From NCBI GenBank assembly GCA_964599405.1, contig CAZRED010000003.1, positions 1 to 62,124 of the forward strand: a stretch of 62,124 nucleotides of DNA, written 5' to 3'. The notes beneath the pieces are model-generated. The model was not told where the DNA came from, ran no database searches, and saw only the letters and a list, made by a program, of their open reading frames with translations. Each line of letters starts with the position of its first letter. The stretch's first letter is position 1. Source of the stretch: an uncultured Candidatus Saccharibacteria bacterium (GTDB lineage: Bacteria > Patescibacteriota > UBA1384 > 2-12-FULL-50-11). Shown piece by piece: positions 1 to 9,256 of this stretch. The position numbers and the translations under genes were made by a program.

Positions 1-12
1 TCAGGAGGTACT

Positions 13-252
13 ATGGGAGCATCAGTCAAAAAATTTAAACTACGCAAAGAGTTGACTAACTGCGAAATCGCCAGGCTGTTAGGGGTTCAAGATGGTATCA
101 GGGGAGAACTAGGAGTAATTAATGGCGTCTTCTCTGAGAATGGAATGTGGGTTGGCTCACGCTCCGACCCTATGCATTTCACAATCCATATTATGGCTAC
201 GGAACTGCACGAGAGGGCACTTAGTTTCTCGGATTTCGCAGGGGAATCCTAA
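13..252 (+). CDS. hypothetical protein (79 aa)
   Basis: AGGAGG RBS at 3-8 before ATG 13; followed by hairpin plus T-tract; no recognisable motif. Confidence 0.6.
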   Translation: MGASVKKFKLRKELTNCEIARLLGVQDGIRGELGVINGVFSENGMWVGSRSDPMHFTIHIMATELHERALSFSDFAGES

Positions 253-268
253 AGCGTGAGACACATGA

Positions 269-308
269 CTGGCTCTTGGACACATTGTCCTTGAGCCAGT
301 TTTCTTTA
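269..308 (+). terminator. intrinsic terminator
   Basis: actggctc...gagccagt stem followed by tttcttt. Confidence 0.6.
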
Positions 309-339
309 TTTAGTCATTCTAACTGGTAAAATAAGGCAT

Positions 340-1416
340 ATGTTAGACATACGTGGAAAAATTCTGTGGTGGGCGGCGCGGCGACTAATTGAGCGCGACC
401 AGCCGTTTGTTATTGCCATTGGTGGCGGTATCGCTAAGACTTCGACGAAAGTTTCTTTAGGAACAGTTCTAACAAAGGCCTTTCCCGGCCAAGTCCGGGT
501 TGGATTTGGCAATCTCAATACGTATCTGGGAGTACCGCTTGCGGTACTGGACTTTCATTTGGATTTTCATCAGCAAAAACTATCAGTTTTCCATTGGCTA
601 TGGGTATTGAAATTGGCGATCTGGAAAAGCTTATTTGGAAAGTTGCCGAAGTACTTGGTTCTAGAGTACGGCACCGATCGGCCGGGAGATATTGCTTCGC
701 TAGTTAAACGGCTTGCACCGGATATGGCGTTACTAACAATAGTTGCTCCGGCCCACGTGGCCAACTACGGCTCGCTCGAGGCAGTGGCTGAAGATGAAAG
801 TGCCTTAGTTGCTGGCAGTAAAATGGGCGCGCCAATTATTATTAACGCCGCCGATCCCTTTCTTGCCCTACACCGTAAAAATGCCGGTCTTCGCCCAGTA
901 ATTGAGGTTAAAACAAAGCTCGAAACAATTGCTGGTGAATTCGCCCGAGCCGCTGCCGCTCAATTGGGAGTAGCCAAAGATGTGATTAATGAGGCCTTGG
1001 CCACCGTGCAAAATCCCGCTGGTCGTTTCCAGTTTCGGCAAGTCGGTGGCTACAAGTTAGTTGACGATTCATACAACGCAAACCCGGCTTCTATGGAAGC
1101 GGCCCTGCATGTGCTAGAGAAACTGCCGGCTCCGCGGGTGGCAGTATTGGGAACAATGCTCGAACAGGGCGAAGATGAAGTAGCGATGCATAAAGAGGTT
1201 GGAGAGATGGCTCACAGGGCTGCTGATACGGTGATTGGGGTGGGCCAGTTAACCGAAAATTACCAGCCAACTGTTCATTATCAGACAAGTGAGGAAGCGG
1301 CTCGAGCAATCTTCTCACACCTGCCGGAAACTGCTAGCATTTTGGTGAAGGGCTCCCGAGGGGTCCACATGGAAAAAATTGTTAAACAAATAGTGGGAAA
1401 CGATGGGAATAACTGA
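340..1416 (+). CDS. murF: UDP-N-acetylmuramoyl-tripeptide--D-Ala-D-Ala ligase MurF (short form, no N-terminal domain)
   Basis: NLNTYLGVPL, LEYGTDRPGDI, DDSYNANPASM, LVKGSRG motifs; directly upstream of mraY. Confidence 0.85.
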   Translation: MLDIRGKILWWAARRLIERDQPFVIAIGGGIAKTSTKVSLGTVLTKAFPGQVRVGFGNLNTYLGVPLAVLDFHLDFHQQKLSVFHWLWVLKLAIWKSLFGKLPKYLVLEYGTDRPGDIASLVKRLAPDMALLTIVAPAHVANYGSLEAVAEDESALVAGSKMGAPIIINAADPFLALHRKNAGLRPVIEVKTKLETIAGEFARAAAAQLGVAKDVINEALATVQNPAGRFQFRQVGGYKLVDDSYNANPASMEAALHVLEKLPAPRVAVLGTMLEQGEDEVAMHKEVGEMAHRAADTVIGVGQLTENYQPTVHYQTSEEAARAIFSHLPETASILVKGSRGVHMEKIVKQIVGNDGNN

Positions 1417-2425
1417 TATCGCGCATTTTGCCCTGGCGAAAACTTTCTGGCTAGCTAGCCTGTCTTTTTTGGTGGCCGTGCTGTGGACACCGCTTTTTAC
1501 CGATTTTCTTTACAAAAATAAGCTCGGTAAACGGATTCGCCAAACTGGTTTCGACGAGAAAAACGCCCCGATCTTTTACGCCCTCCATAAGCACAAAGAA
1601 AACACCCCAACGATGGGTGGGCTACTTATTTGGATTACCACGGCAGTAATTACTCTACTAATGAACCTCTCCCGATCCCAAACCTATCTGCCGTTATTTG
1701 TTTTGGTGGCCACTGGGGTGGTGGGGGCAATTGACGACTTGATGAACATCAACGGGGTTGGGCCTAATCGGGGTGGCTTACGGTTCCGTTGGAAAGTACT
1801 GCTTTATTTGTTGGTAGCCTTGGTCGGGTCTTGGTGGTTTTTCTATAAATTAGGCTGGAACATTTTAACGCTCCCCGGCATCGGTACTTTTGAAATTGGT
1901 GCCTGGTACATACCGCTGTTTGTTGGGGTAATTGTCTTCACGACGTTTTCGGCTAACGAAGCCGACGGTTTGGATGGGCTATTAGCTGGGATGATGGCCA
2001 GTGCCTTTGGAGCCTTCGGGATCATTGCCCTAGTTCAAGGTAAGCCGGAGTTGGCAGCATTTTGCGGGACAATTTTGGGCTCACTGTTAGCGTTCTTGTG
2101 GTTCAATATTTATCCGGCCCGGTTTTTTATGGGCGATACTGGGGCAATGGCGCTGGGAATGACCTTAGGCGTCCTAGCCTTTTTAACAGATACTGTATTA
2201 ATTTTGCCAATAATCGCCTTAATGATTTATGTCGAAGGGTTCTCTGCCATCATTCAAATTCTTTCCAAGAAATTCCGGGGCGGAAAGAAGATATTTTTAT
2301 CGGCGCCAATCCACCATCATTTGCAAGCACTGGGTTGGCCAGAGCCAAAAATAACCATGCGTTTCTGGGTAATTTCGGCCGTTACCTCGATGCTCGGCCT
2401 GTTTGTTTACTTAATTAGTAGGTAA
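1403..2425 (+). CDS. mraY: phospho-N-acetylmuramoyl-pentapeptide transferase MraY
   Basis: KENTPTMGG, DGLDGL, FMGDTG, APIHHH motifs; multi-TM. Confidence 0.97.
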   Translation: MGITDIAHFALAKTFWLASLSFLVAVLWTPLFTDFLYKNKLGKRIRQTGFDEKNAPIFYALHKHKENTPTMGGLLIWITTAVITLLMNLSRSQTYLPLFVLVATGVVGAIDDLMNINGVGPNRGGLRFRWKVLLYLLVALVGSWWFFYKLGWNILTLPGIGTFEIGAWYIPLFVGVIVFTTFSANEADGLDGLLAGMMASAFGAFGIIALVQGKPELAAFCGTILGSLLAFLWFNIYPARFFMGDTGAMALGMTLGVLAFLTDTVLILPIIALMIYVEGFSAIIQILSKKFRGGKKIFLSAPIHHHLQALGWPEPKITMRFWVISAVTSMLGLFVYLISR

Positions 2426-2506
2426 ACACTTGTGTTTACCTACTATGCACCTAGATTAGTAGGTAATCACAAGTGCCACCTGCTAAGCGCCAAGATTAGC
2501 CGATAA
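2414..2506 (+). repeat. three 40-41 bp-spaced copies of the mraY 3' end (ISR-stop)
   Basis: ATTAGTAGGTAA at 2414 and 2455, ATTAGCCGATAA at 2495; first copy is the left arm of hairpin agtaggtaaacac-tt-gtgtttacctact. Confidence 0.7.
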
Positions 2507-2543
2507 CTGGGTTAACGGGAGGCTTTCTGGCATACTGTAGGTA

Positions 2544-3899
2544 ATGAATTGGTCGGATTTTTCCGGTAAAAAAGTGGCGTTAGCTGGGGCGGGGATAGAA
2601 AACCTTAGCTTAATTCCACACCTGCTAAAGGCCGGAGCGGCTGTAACGGTCTGTGAGCAGTGGAAGAAGGAATTACCGGTGTCTTTACCGAAAGAGGTAA
2701 AGATCATCTTCGGAGCCGAACACCTAACGGCACTGAATGATTTTGAAGTGGTCTTTCGAGCCCCCGGCCTACCTGTCGAAAGAATTAAGGCTGTTATCAA
2801 GAATGACAGTATTGAAATAACCTCTGTCACCGACTTGTTTCTGGCAATGAAGGGATCTCAAACAATTGGTGTAACCGGGACGAAGGGGAAGGGGACAACC
2901 AGTACGATGATCGGCGGAATTCTACGGGCGGCGGGACGGCCAGTAATAATTGCTGGCAATATCGGCCGACCGGTCTTTGATTTTATTGACGAGATTAAAG
3001 ACGACACAATCGTAGTGATGGAACTTTCTAGCTTTCAGCTAGAAGATATTCACCATAGTCCGCGAATGGCAGTGCTACTGCCGATTACATCCGATCATCT
3101 CCAACCACTCTCCGAGCGCAGTCCAAACTATCACAAAGATCTGCCAACCTATATCGCTGCCAAACAGCAGATTACCGCCCACCAGGGGCCGGATGATGTT
3201 GTAGTGTTCTCGCTTGACAGTCAGGCTTCGTCGCAGATTGGCCAGAGCGCCGTCGCCAAAAAAATCAGTGTTTCAGCTATTACCAAAGCCGATGTTTTTG
3301 TGGAGAACGGGGTGATTCACTTCGACCAAGAGAGTATTAATCTAATTAAAGAAACTAAACTGCGGGGCGATCATTTGTTCCACGATGCGGCATTAGCAAT
3401 CGCTGTTGGACGTAACTATCAGTTGGCGACGAGCGATATTATTGAGGGGTTGCGTCGTTACCAACCGTTACCGCATCGGATGGAATCGCTGGGCGTCTTT
3501 AACGGGATTGAATTTGTTGACGATTCGTACGCTACCGCCCCGGATGCAACAGTGGCGGCCCTTAGCGCTTTCACCGACAAGCCGGTAGTAATTATTCTTG
3601 GTGGTTCGTCAAAAGGAGCGGATTTTAGTGAGTTGGCTAAAGCGGCCTCTGGGATTAAGGCAGCGGTGCTGGTGGGCCAAGAAGCCGGTCGGATTGAAGC
3701 TGCGTTCAAAGAGCATGCTCCCGGCGTCAATCGTGTTAGTGGGGTTAGTCGTTTTAAAGATGTAGTTGAAACCGCGATTCACCGAGCGGGCCCGGGGGAC
3801 GTAGTACTGCTTTCGCCGGCTTGTGCCAGTAAGGATATGTTCAGTGACGCGGCCGAACGGGGTGAGTTATTTAAGAAATATGTTCATGAACTCGTTTAA
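2544..3899 (+). CDS. murD: UDP-N-acetylmuramoyl-L-alanine--D-glutamate ligase MurD
   Basis: GVTGTKGKGTT P-loop, AGNIG, ELSSFQL, VLLSPACASKDMF. Confidence 0.96.
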   Translation: MNWSDFSGKKVALAGAGIENLSLIPHLLKAGAAVTVCEQWKKELPVSLPKEVKIIFGAEHLTALNDFEVVFRAPGLPVERIKAVIKNDSIEITSVTDLFLAMKGSQTIGVTGTKGKGTTSTMIGGILRAAGRPVIIAGNIGRPVFDFIDEIKDDTIVVMELSSFQLEDIHHSPRMAVLLPITSDHLQPLSERSPNYHKDLPTYIAAKQQITAHQGPDDVVVFSLDSQASSQIGQSAVAKKISVSAITKADVFVENGVIHFDQESINLIKETKLRGDHLFHDAALAIAVGRNYQLATSDIIEGLRRYQPLPHRMESLGVFNGIEFVDDSYATAPDATVAALSAFTDKPVVIILGGSSKGADFSELAKAASGIKAAVLVGQEAGRIEAAFKEHAPGVNRVSGVSRFKDVVETAIHRAGPGDVVLLSPACASKDMFSDAAERGELFKKYVHELV

Positions 3900-4998
3900 A
3901 CTACGCCGAAAGATTGATCCGTTAATACCGACGATTGGAATTGGATTATCAATAATTGGACTGGTAATGATCCTGTCAGCTTCCCAAATTGCCGCGGCTG
4001 ACAAATTCGGCGACCCCTACCATTTCTTTGTCCGCCAACTAGTTTCTTGGGTCATTGGGATGGCGGCGTTTTTTTACTTCAGTAAGGTTCCGCTGGAGAA
4101 ACTGTTTCAGTGGCGCAACATCCTATTAGTGATAACACTCGTCAGTTTAGTAATGGTTTTCTTGCCATTTATTGGCGGTAAGGTTAACGGTGTTTATCGC
4201 TGGGTAGGGATTGGGCCGCTCACCTTTCAACCGTCGGAGTTTGCGAAACTATTTTTAATTATTTATTTTGCCGGACTATTTGCGGTTAAAGGACAGTTAA
4301 TTCAAAGTTTTGGCAAAGGTTTTTTGCCGTTTGCTATGGTCCTGGCGACGGTAACGTTGTTAATTGGACTAGGGAAAGATCTCGATACGTTGGTGGCGAT
4401 TGCAGCCACTAGTTTGGTAATGTTTTTTATTGCTAAATCGCGTTGGTGGCACGCCTTGCTAATTGTAGTGGTGGGGACGGCAGCGGTTGGGTCGTTAATA
4501 CTGTTTGAGCCTTATCGAGCTGAACGCCTAAATGTTTTTTTAGGCGACGATGTGGCGGCTCGGGATATTCGCGACACCGGCTACCATTCGCAGCAGGCGT
4601 TGATTGCCATTGGCAGCGGTGGGTTGTGGGGCTCCGGTTTTGGACAAGGCATCAGTAAATATAAATATCTTCCAGAGTCGTATACCGACTCGATCTTTGC
4701 GGTGATCGCCGAAGAACTGGGGTTTTTCCGATCCTCAATCATTCTTCTGGCCTTTCTGGTCTTGACTTGGCGAGGCTTTGTGGCGGCCAATTTAGCCAAC
4801 AGTAAATTTGCCCAAATCATCGCCGTTGGGGTTTCTAGCTTGATTATTATTCAGGCACTGATAAATATTGGAGGGATGCTCAATGTTATTCCACTTTCTG
4901 GTCTACCCTTACCGTTCATTAGTTACGGCGGCAGTGCCCTAATCGCCAGCATGGCCATGCTCGGACTGTTAACCAATATTTCTGGTGAGCAGCGATGA
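3880..4998 (+). CDS. ftsW: SEDS peptidoglycan polymerase FtsW
   Basis: FQPSEFAK, IGSGGLWGSG, LPESYTDSIFAVIAEELG, LPFISYGGS; lies between murD and murG; start moved to ATG 3880 (or 3886). Confidence 0.93.
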   Translation: MFMNSFKLRRKIDPLIPTIGIGLSIIGLVMILSASQIAAADKFGDPYHFFVRQLVSWVIGMAAFFYFSKVPLEKLFQWRNILLVITLVSLVMVFLPFIGGKVNGVYRWVGIGPLTFQPSEFAKLFLIIYFAGLFAVKGQLIQSFGKGFLPFAMVLATVTLLIGLGKDLDTLVAIAATSLVMFFIAKSRWWHALLIVVVGTAAVGSLILFEPYRAERLNVFLGDDVAARDIRDTGYHSQQALIAIGSGGLWGSGFGQGISKYKYLPESYTDSIFAVIAEELGFFRSSIILLAFLVLTWRGFVAANLANSKFAQIIAVGVSSLIIIQALINIGGMLNVIPLSGLPLPFISYGGSALIASMAMLGLLTNISGEQR

Positions 4999-6098
4999 GT
5001 AATCGGCTAATTGTTTTAGTTGGTGGGGGAACCGGCGGGCACATCTTCCCGTTAGTAGCGCTGGCAGAGGAGCTGCAGACTAAAAAACAACCATTCGTTT
5101 ATATTGGCTCAAGTTACGGTCCGGAAGCGAAGATAATCAGAGGATATGGCTGGGAATTTATCCAAATTGATGCCGGCAAGTGGCGACGTTACCGCACTCC
5201 AGAGAGTCTCGTTAAAAACATTAGAGACGTTTTTCGGACAGTTAGCGGTTTTTTTCAAGCTTTACGCCTATTGAAAAGACTTAATGCTCGACTAGTTGTT
5301 AGTAAGGGTGGCTTTGTGGCGGTCCCAGTCCTTTATGCCGCCCGGTTGCTACGTTGTCCAGTAATTGTTCATGAATCCGACTCGGTTTTAGGTGTTGCCA
5401 ACAAAATCGGCAGTAAATTTGCCCGGAGAGTCTTAACCGCCTTTGACCCAGCCGTGCTAGGTGGTGACCAACGCTTCGTTAAGGTGGGAATACCGGTACG
5501 CCATGCGTTGATTCAGGCGGCCAAGCTTCGATCGCCGAAAAAAGATCGGCCAATGTTATTAATTTTGCCGGGTAGCCAGGGGTCAATGGCGATTAATCGC
5601 TATATAAAAGAGGGAATGGCCCAGCTACTTAGTAAATACGACGTTATCCACCTAACCGGCGAACAAGACTATCAAGACTTTGCCCAGATTAAACGGGGAC
5701 TACCGAAAGGTCTAGCTACTCGCTATAAACCGTATAGCTTTATCGATCGGGAGTTGCCGTATTACTATAAAGCGGCCGATTTAATTATTGCTCGCTCAAG
5801 TGCGACAACGATGGCCGAGGCAGCGCTATTTGCTAAACCGCTTTACGTTATTCCACTCCCCGAGTCAGCCAATAATCATCAACAACGCAATGCAAAGCTG
5901 CTGGAAGAACAGGGGGCGGTGATGGTTAGGCAGCAGTACCAACTGTCGACCGAACAGTTCTTAACTGATATGGAAACGCTCCTGGCCGACCAGGAGAAGC
6001 TCGCGGCGATGGGTAGTCGGCTCCAAAACTACTTTAATTCTGCTACCGCTACCGAGCAAATGCTAACGGAGATCAATCATGTCAGCGCTCAAAGCTAG
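4995..6098 (+). CDS. murG: MurG glycosyltransferase
   Basis: GGGTGGHIFP, HESDSVLGVAN, GSQGS, HQQRNA. Confidence 0.96.
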   Translation: MSNRLIVLVGGGTGGHIFPLVALAEELQTKKQPFVYIGSSYGPEAKIIRGYGWEFIQIDAGKWRRYRTPESLVKNIRDVFRTVSGFFQALRLLKRLNARLVVSKGGFVAVPVLYAARLLRCPVIVHESDSVLGVANKIGSKFARRVLTAFDPAVLGGDQRFVKVGIPVRHALIQAAKLRSPKKDRPMLLILPGSQGSMAINRYIKEGMAQLLSKYDVIHLTGEQDYQDFAQIKRGLPKGLATRYKPYSFIDRELPYYYKAADLIIARSSATTMAEAALFAKPLYVIPLPESANNHQQRNAKLLEEQGAVMVRQQYQLSTEQFLTDMETLLADQEKLAAMGSRLQNYFNSATATEQMLTEINHVSAQS

Positions 6099-7488
6099 CG
6101 TTAAAAAAGTATATTTTGTCGGCATTAAAGGGGTGGCGATGGCCGGCCTGGCAGTGATGGCTAAGGAACTGGGTTATCTGGTTAGTGGCAGTGACGTTAA
6201 GGAGACGTTTATTACCGACGAGCTGCTGAAGAAGAACCACATAGACTACTACGAAGGGTTTTCGGCCGATAATATCAAGAAAAGCCAGCCGGACATTGTC
6301 GTGATTGGTGCCGCCTATGGTGCTAATAACCCGGAGGTCAAAGCGATAAAAACTTCGCGAGTAAAAACCGTAACCCAATCGGAAATGCTCGGCGAGATTA
6401 TGACTAAGTATGTGACAGTTGGAGTGTCCGGGGTACACGGCAAAACTACCACTACCTCAATACTCGCCTTGATATTGCAGGAAGCTGGCTTCTCACCCAG
6501 CTATATGATAGGAACTAGTACCATTCCCGGACTGCCCGGCAGTGCCCACATCGGTCAAGGACAGTACTTTGTGGTTGAGGCCGACGAGTACAAAAAATCG
6601 GAAGCCGATATCACGCCAAAGTTTCTTGACTACCCAATTCGACACTTAATTGTCACCAGTATCGAGCTAGACCACCCCGATATTTACCCAAGCGCCGAAC
6701 ATGTCTACCAAGTTTTTTACCAACTGTGTTTAAAAATCCCCCGTGGAGGCATTGTGGTTGCCAATACCGACTGGCCATTGGTGCGCCGTTTGGTAGCGCG
6801 TCTAGCCGATCGCCATTGCTTAAGCTACGGTTTCGATAGTTCGGCCAAATATCAAATTGTCGAAGTAAAAACCGGCGAAAAAACCGCTTTTTCCGTCAAG
6901 GGGCCAAAAGCGACAATCGGCCCAATCGAGCTAGCGATGCCGGGACGCCACAATATTTTAAACGCCACAGCAGCTATGTTGATGGCTCTGGAGCTGGGCG
7001 TTAACCAAACCAACATTGAAAAAACTCTGCGAACTTTTACTGGACCGAAACGGCGCTTTGAATACTTAGGGACATTGAACGGTGCCCTCTTTTACGATGA
7101 TTATGCCCATCACCCAACCGCCTTAGAGTTTCTAATCGACGCTGCTAAAAAAAGATTTCCGACTAAAAAAATTATTGTGGTGTTCCAGCCCCATACCTAT
7201 AGCCGAACCGGTCGGCTGTTGGAAGAATTTGGTCGATCGCTCAAAGACGCGGACCGAGTAGTGATTCTTAATATCTGGGCGTCGGCTCGAGAGAAAATCG
7301 GTTACGTGACTATTGGGGATTTATTAACGGAAGTCCGCAAGCATCGTCGCGATGTCGAATACCGTTCAACCTTGGAGGAGGTAACAACTTACTTGGCGAG
7401 CTCGGTAGGTAAGGGCGATGTCGTACTGCTCGTTGGTGCCGGAGACGTCTACAAAATTTATGACAAACTTGCCGCCCAGCAGAATTAA
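6079..7488 (+). CDS. murC: UDP-N-acetylmuramate--L-alanine ligase MurC
   Basis: GIKGVAM, GVHGKTTT, EADEY, DDYAHHPT, FQPHTYSRT. Confidence 0.96.
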   Translation: MSALKASVKKVYFVGIKGVAMAGLAVMAKELGYLVSGSDVKETFITDELLKKNHIDYYEGFSADNIKKSQPDIVVIGAAYGANNPEVKAIKTSRVKTVTQSEMLGEIMTKYVTVGVSGVHGKTTTTSILALILQEAGFSPSYMIGTSTIPGLPGSAHIGQGQYFVVEADEYKKSEADITPKFLDYPIRHLIVTSIELDHPDIYPSAEHVYQVFYQLCLKIPRGGIVVANTDWPLVRRLVARLADRHCLSYGFDSSAKYQIVEVKTGEKTAFSVKGPKATIGPIELAMPGRHNILNATAAMLMALELGVNQTNIEKTLRTFTGPKRRFEYLGTLNGALFYDDYAHHPTALEFLIDAAKKRFPTKKIIVVFQPHTYSRTGRLLEEFGRSLKDADRVVILNIWASAREKIGYVTIGDLLTEVRKHRRDVEYRSTLEEVTTYLASSVGKGDVVLLVGAGDVYKIYDKLAAQQN

Positions 7489-8389
7489 CGAAATTTTTGC
7501 TGAGCGGTTTGGTGAAAACTTTCGCGACCACCAGCCGCTTTCCCAAATCCTTCCCACCCGCATAGGGGGAGTGGCCGATTACTTTGTGGTTGCTAAGCAA
7601 GCTAACGACTTAGTTGATGCGGCCATGCTGGCGATTGAGCATAAAATCCCTTACCGCGTTTTGGGTAGCGGTACCGGAGTGTTAGTTGGGGAGTCGGGGT
7701 TCCCCGGGTTAATTATCCAAAACCACACCAGTGGCTGCACTCGCTTAGGTGGATCAAGCAGGGTAGACGTGGAGTCTGGGACAAAGCTTAGTTTTCTGGT
7801 TCATTCACTGGCGTCACAAGGCTTGGGTGGTTTAGAGTTTTTCTCTCTTATCCCGGGTACGGTCGGTGGCGCCATTGCCAGTACCGCCGCTCAAAACGGG
7901 CAGAAAGTTTCGAGCTTTGTTCGAGAAATTCGTCTCTTTGATCCCGATCGGCGCAAAGTAGCTAGTTTGCCGTTTTCGGATATTGCCACTCCGGCTCGAA
8001 CCCCGTTATTTAGTGATGACGTAGTTTTTCCCCCAATTTTAATTTCAGCCACGTTCCAAATGGCGCAGCTTTCCCAAGATGAGATTCTCCGCCGGCTGAA
8101 AATTCTTGGAAAGAACCGGCGCGGCTGGCCGGCGACGGCCATTGCGATGCCGTTTATTGATCAGATTAACCAGATTCCCACAGAAAAAGATGTCGCTAAA
8201 GAGTTGGGGCAAATCGGGGTTCGATACTTTGCCAATGAAGAGCTGTTAACTTTTAACCCCGAAAAAACCCAGCCAGCCCAAGTTCGTCAGGCGCTAGAAT
8301 CTCTCCAGCAGCAAGCGGCTCGGTTCGGCGTTGAGACAACGCCACGCGTCACGTATCTTGGATACTACCAGGACAAAGATGGCACGTAG
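7460..8389 (+). CDS. murB: MurB-like FAD-binding protein with degenerate C-terminal catalytic region
   Basis: TRIGGVA, GSGTGVLV..SGFPGLII, GLEFFSLIPGTVGGAI; position after murC; start moved to ATG 7460. Confidence 0.75.
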   Translation: MTNLPPSRINEIFAERFGENFRDHQPLSQILPTRIGGVADYFVVAKQANDLVDAAMLAIEHKIPYRVLGSGTGVLVGESGFPGLIIQNHTSGCTRLGGSSRVDVESGTKLSFLVHSLASQGLGGLEFFSLIPGTVGGAIASTAAQNGQKVSSFVREIRLFDPDRRKVASLPFSDIATPARTPLFSDDVVFPPILISATFQMAQLSQDEILRRLKILGKNRRGWPATAIAMPFIDQINQIPTEKDVAKELGQIGVRYFANEELLTFNPEKTQPAQVRQALESLQQQAARFGVETTPRVTYLGYYQDKDGT

Positions 8390-9167
8390 GACACCAAAAG
8401 TATTTTATTCATCGTATAGCCAAACCCAGCGATCGATTTCGGGCGGGTCAACTATGTCGCCGGGGCAATTTCGCCAGTTGCTAATTGTGGCAATTATTAT
8501 TATCGGCGGATATTTTCTAACCCGTTTACCGGTTTTCCAAATAAAGACCGTAACAATTACTGGAACTGATGACCCGGCGTTAATTGGCGAGCTCAATAGT
8601 TTGGTCGGTTACTCAATTCTTTCGGCCAGCGTCACCCAAAAGGTTCAAGAAGTTAGCCAAGCCCATCCGGAGCTAGAAAAGTTAGATTGTATTAAGGGCA
8701 TTCCCGACACCCTGCGCTGCGTGGCGGAGTTGCGCCAAGCGTTGCTAGGCTGGCGGACTAATGGCCAAACCTACTTACTTGACCAACACGGTGTTGCCTA
8801 CCAACAAACTACTAGCCCGGCGGTGCTGGTGGTGGAGGACCGTAAAAACGTTGTCGTTGCCCTGGGCGACCGACCAATTAGTAGCGAAGTGCTGGATGTC
8901 TATCGGGTCCTTCAAAGTGGGCTTACGGCTAACGGCTACGTCGTTGATAAATTTTTTGTGAACACCTCTGTCTTACATGCCGGCGTAGTCGTTAGCAGTC
9001 GCGCAGTGGGATTGCCATTTCCTGCTAACCCTATTGAACTGGAGTTTTCGCTAAGCTACCCAGTATCAATTCAAATCAGCACCCTCAATAAGTTACTAGA
9101 ATCCAAGAGCGGCCAAATTGGCTTACGTGTCGATTTGCGCACGCCTGGCTACCTATACTACAAATAG
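8379..9167 (+). CDS. FtsQ/DivIB-like cell division protein
   Basis: N-terminal TM then FQIKTVTITG POTRA-like start; C-terminal VDLR motif; position at end of dcw cluster. Confidence 0.7.
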   Translation: MARRTPKVFYSSYSQTQRSISGGSTMSPGQFRQLLIVAIIIIGGYFLTRLPVFQIKTVTITGTDDPALIGELNSLVGYSILSASVTQKVQEVSQAHPELEKLDCIKGIPDTLRCVAELRQALLGWRTNGQTYLLDQHGVAYQQTTSPAVLVVEDRKNVVVALGDRPISSEVLDVYRVLQSGLTANGYVVDKFFVNTSVLHAGVVVSSRAVGLPFPANPIELEFSLSYPVSIQISTLNKLLESKSGQIGLRVDLRTPGYLYYK

Positions 9168-9250
9168 CAACTAGGATATTGCTAAGTGTTCGTTTACCGA
9201 ACACTATAGCAACTAGGACGTTGCTTAGTGACCGTTTACCGGACACTATA
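9167..9250. repeat. 42-bp tandem repeat x2, each unit with two hairpins
   Basis: gcaactaggatattgctaagtgttcgtttaccgaacactata / gcaactaggacgttgcttagtgaccgtttaccggacactata. Confidence 0.85.
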
Positions 9251-9256
9251 GGGTCA

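Noticed and set aside
9167-9250. CRISPR or TIGR array
   Set aside because: Only two contiguous units, no unique spacers, no box C/D-like motifs evident, and no cas or Nop-domain gene in the window
3823-9256. Long upstream starts given by the ORF track for ftsW, murB, ftsQ, recJ
   Set aside because: Extensions overlap upstream genes or the repeat and carry no homologous sequence; downstream ATGs used
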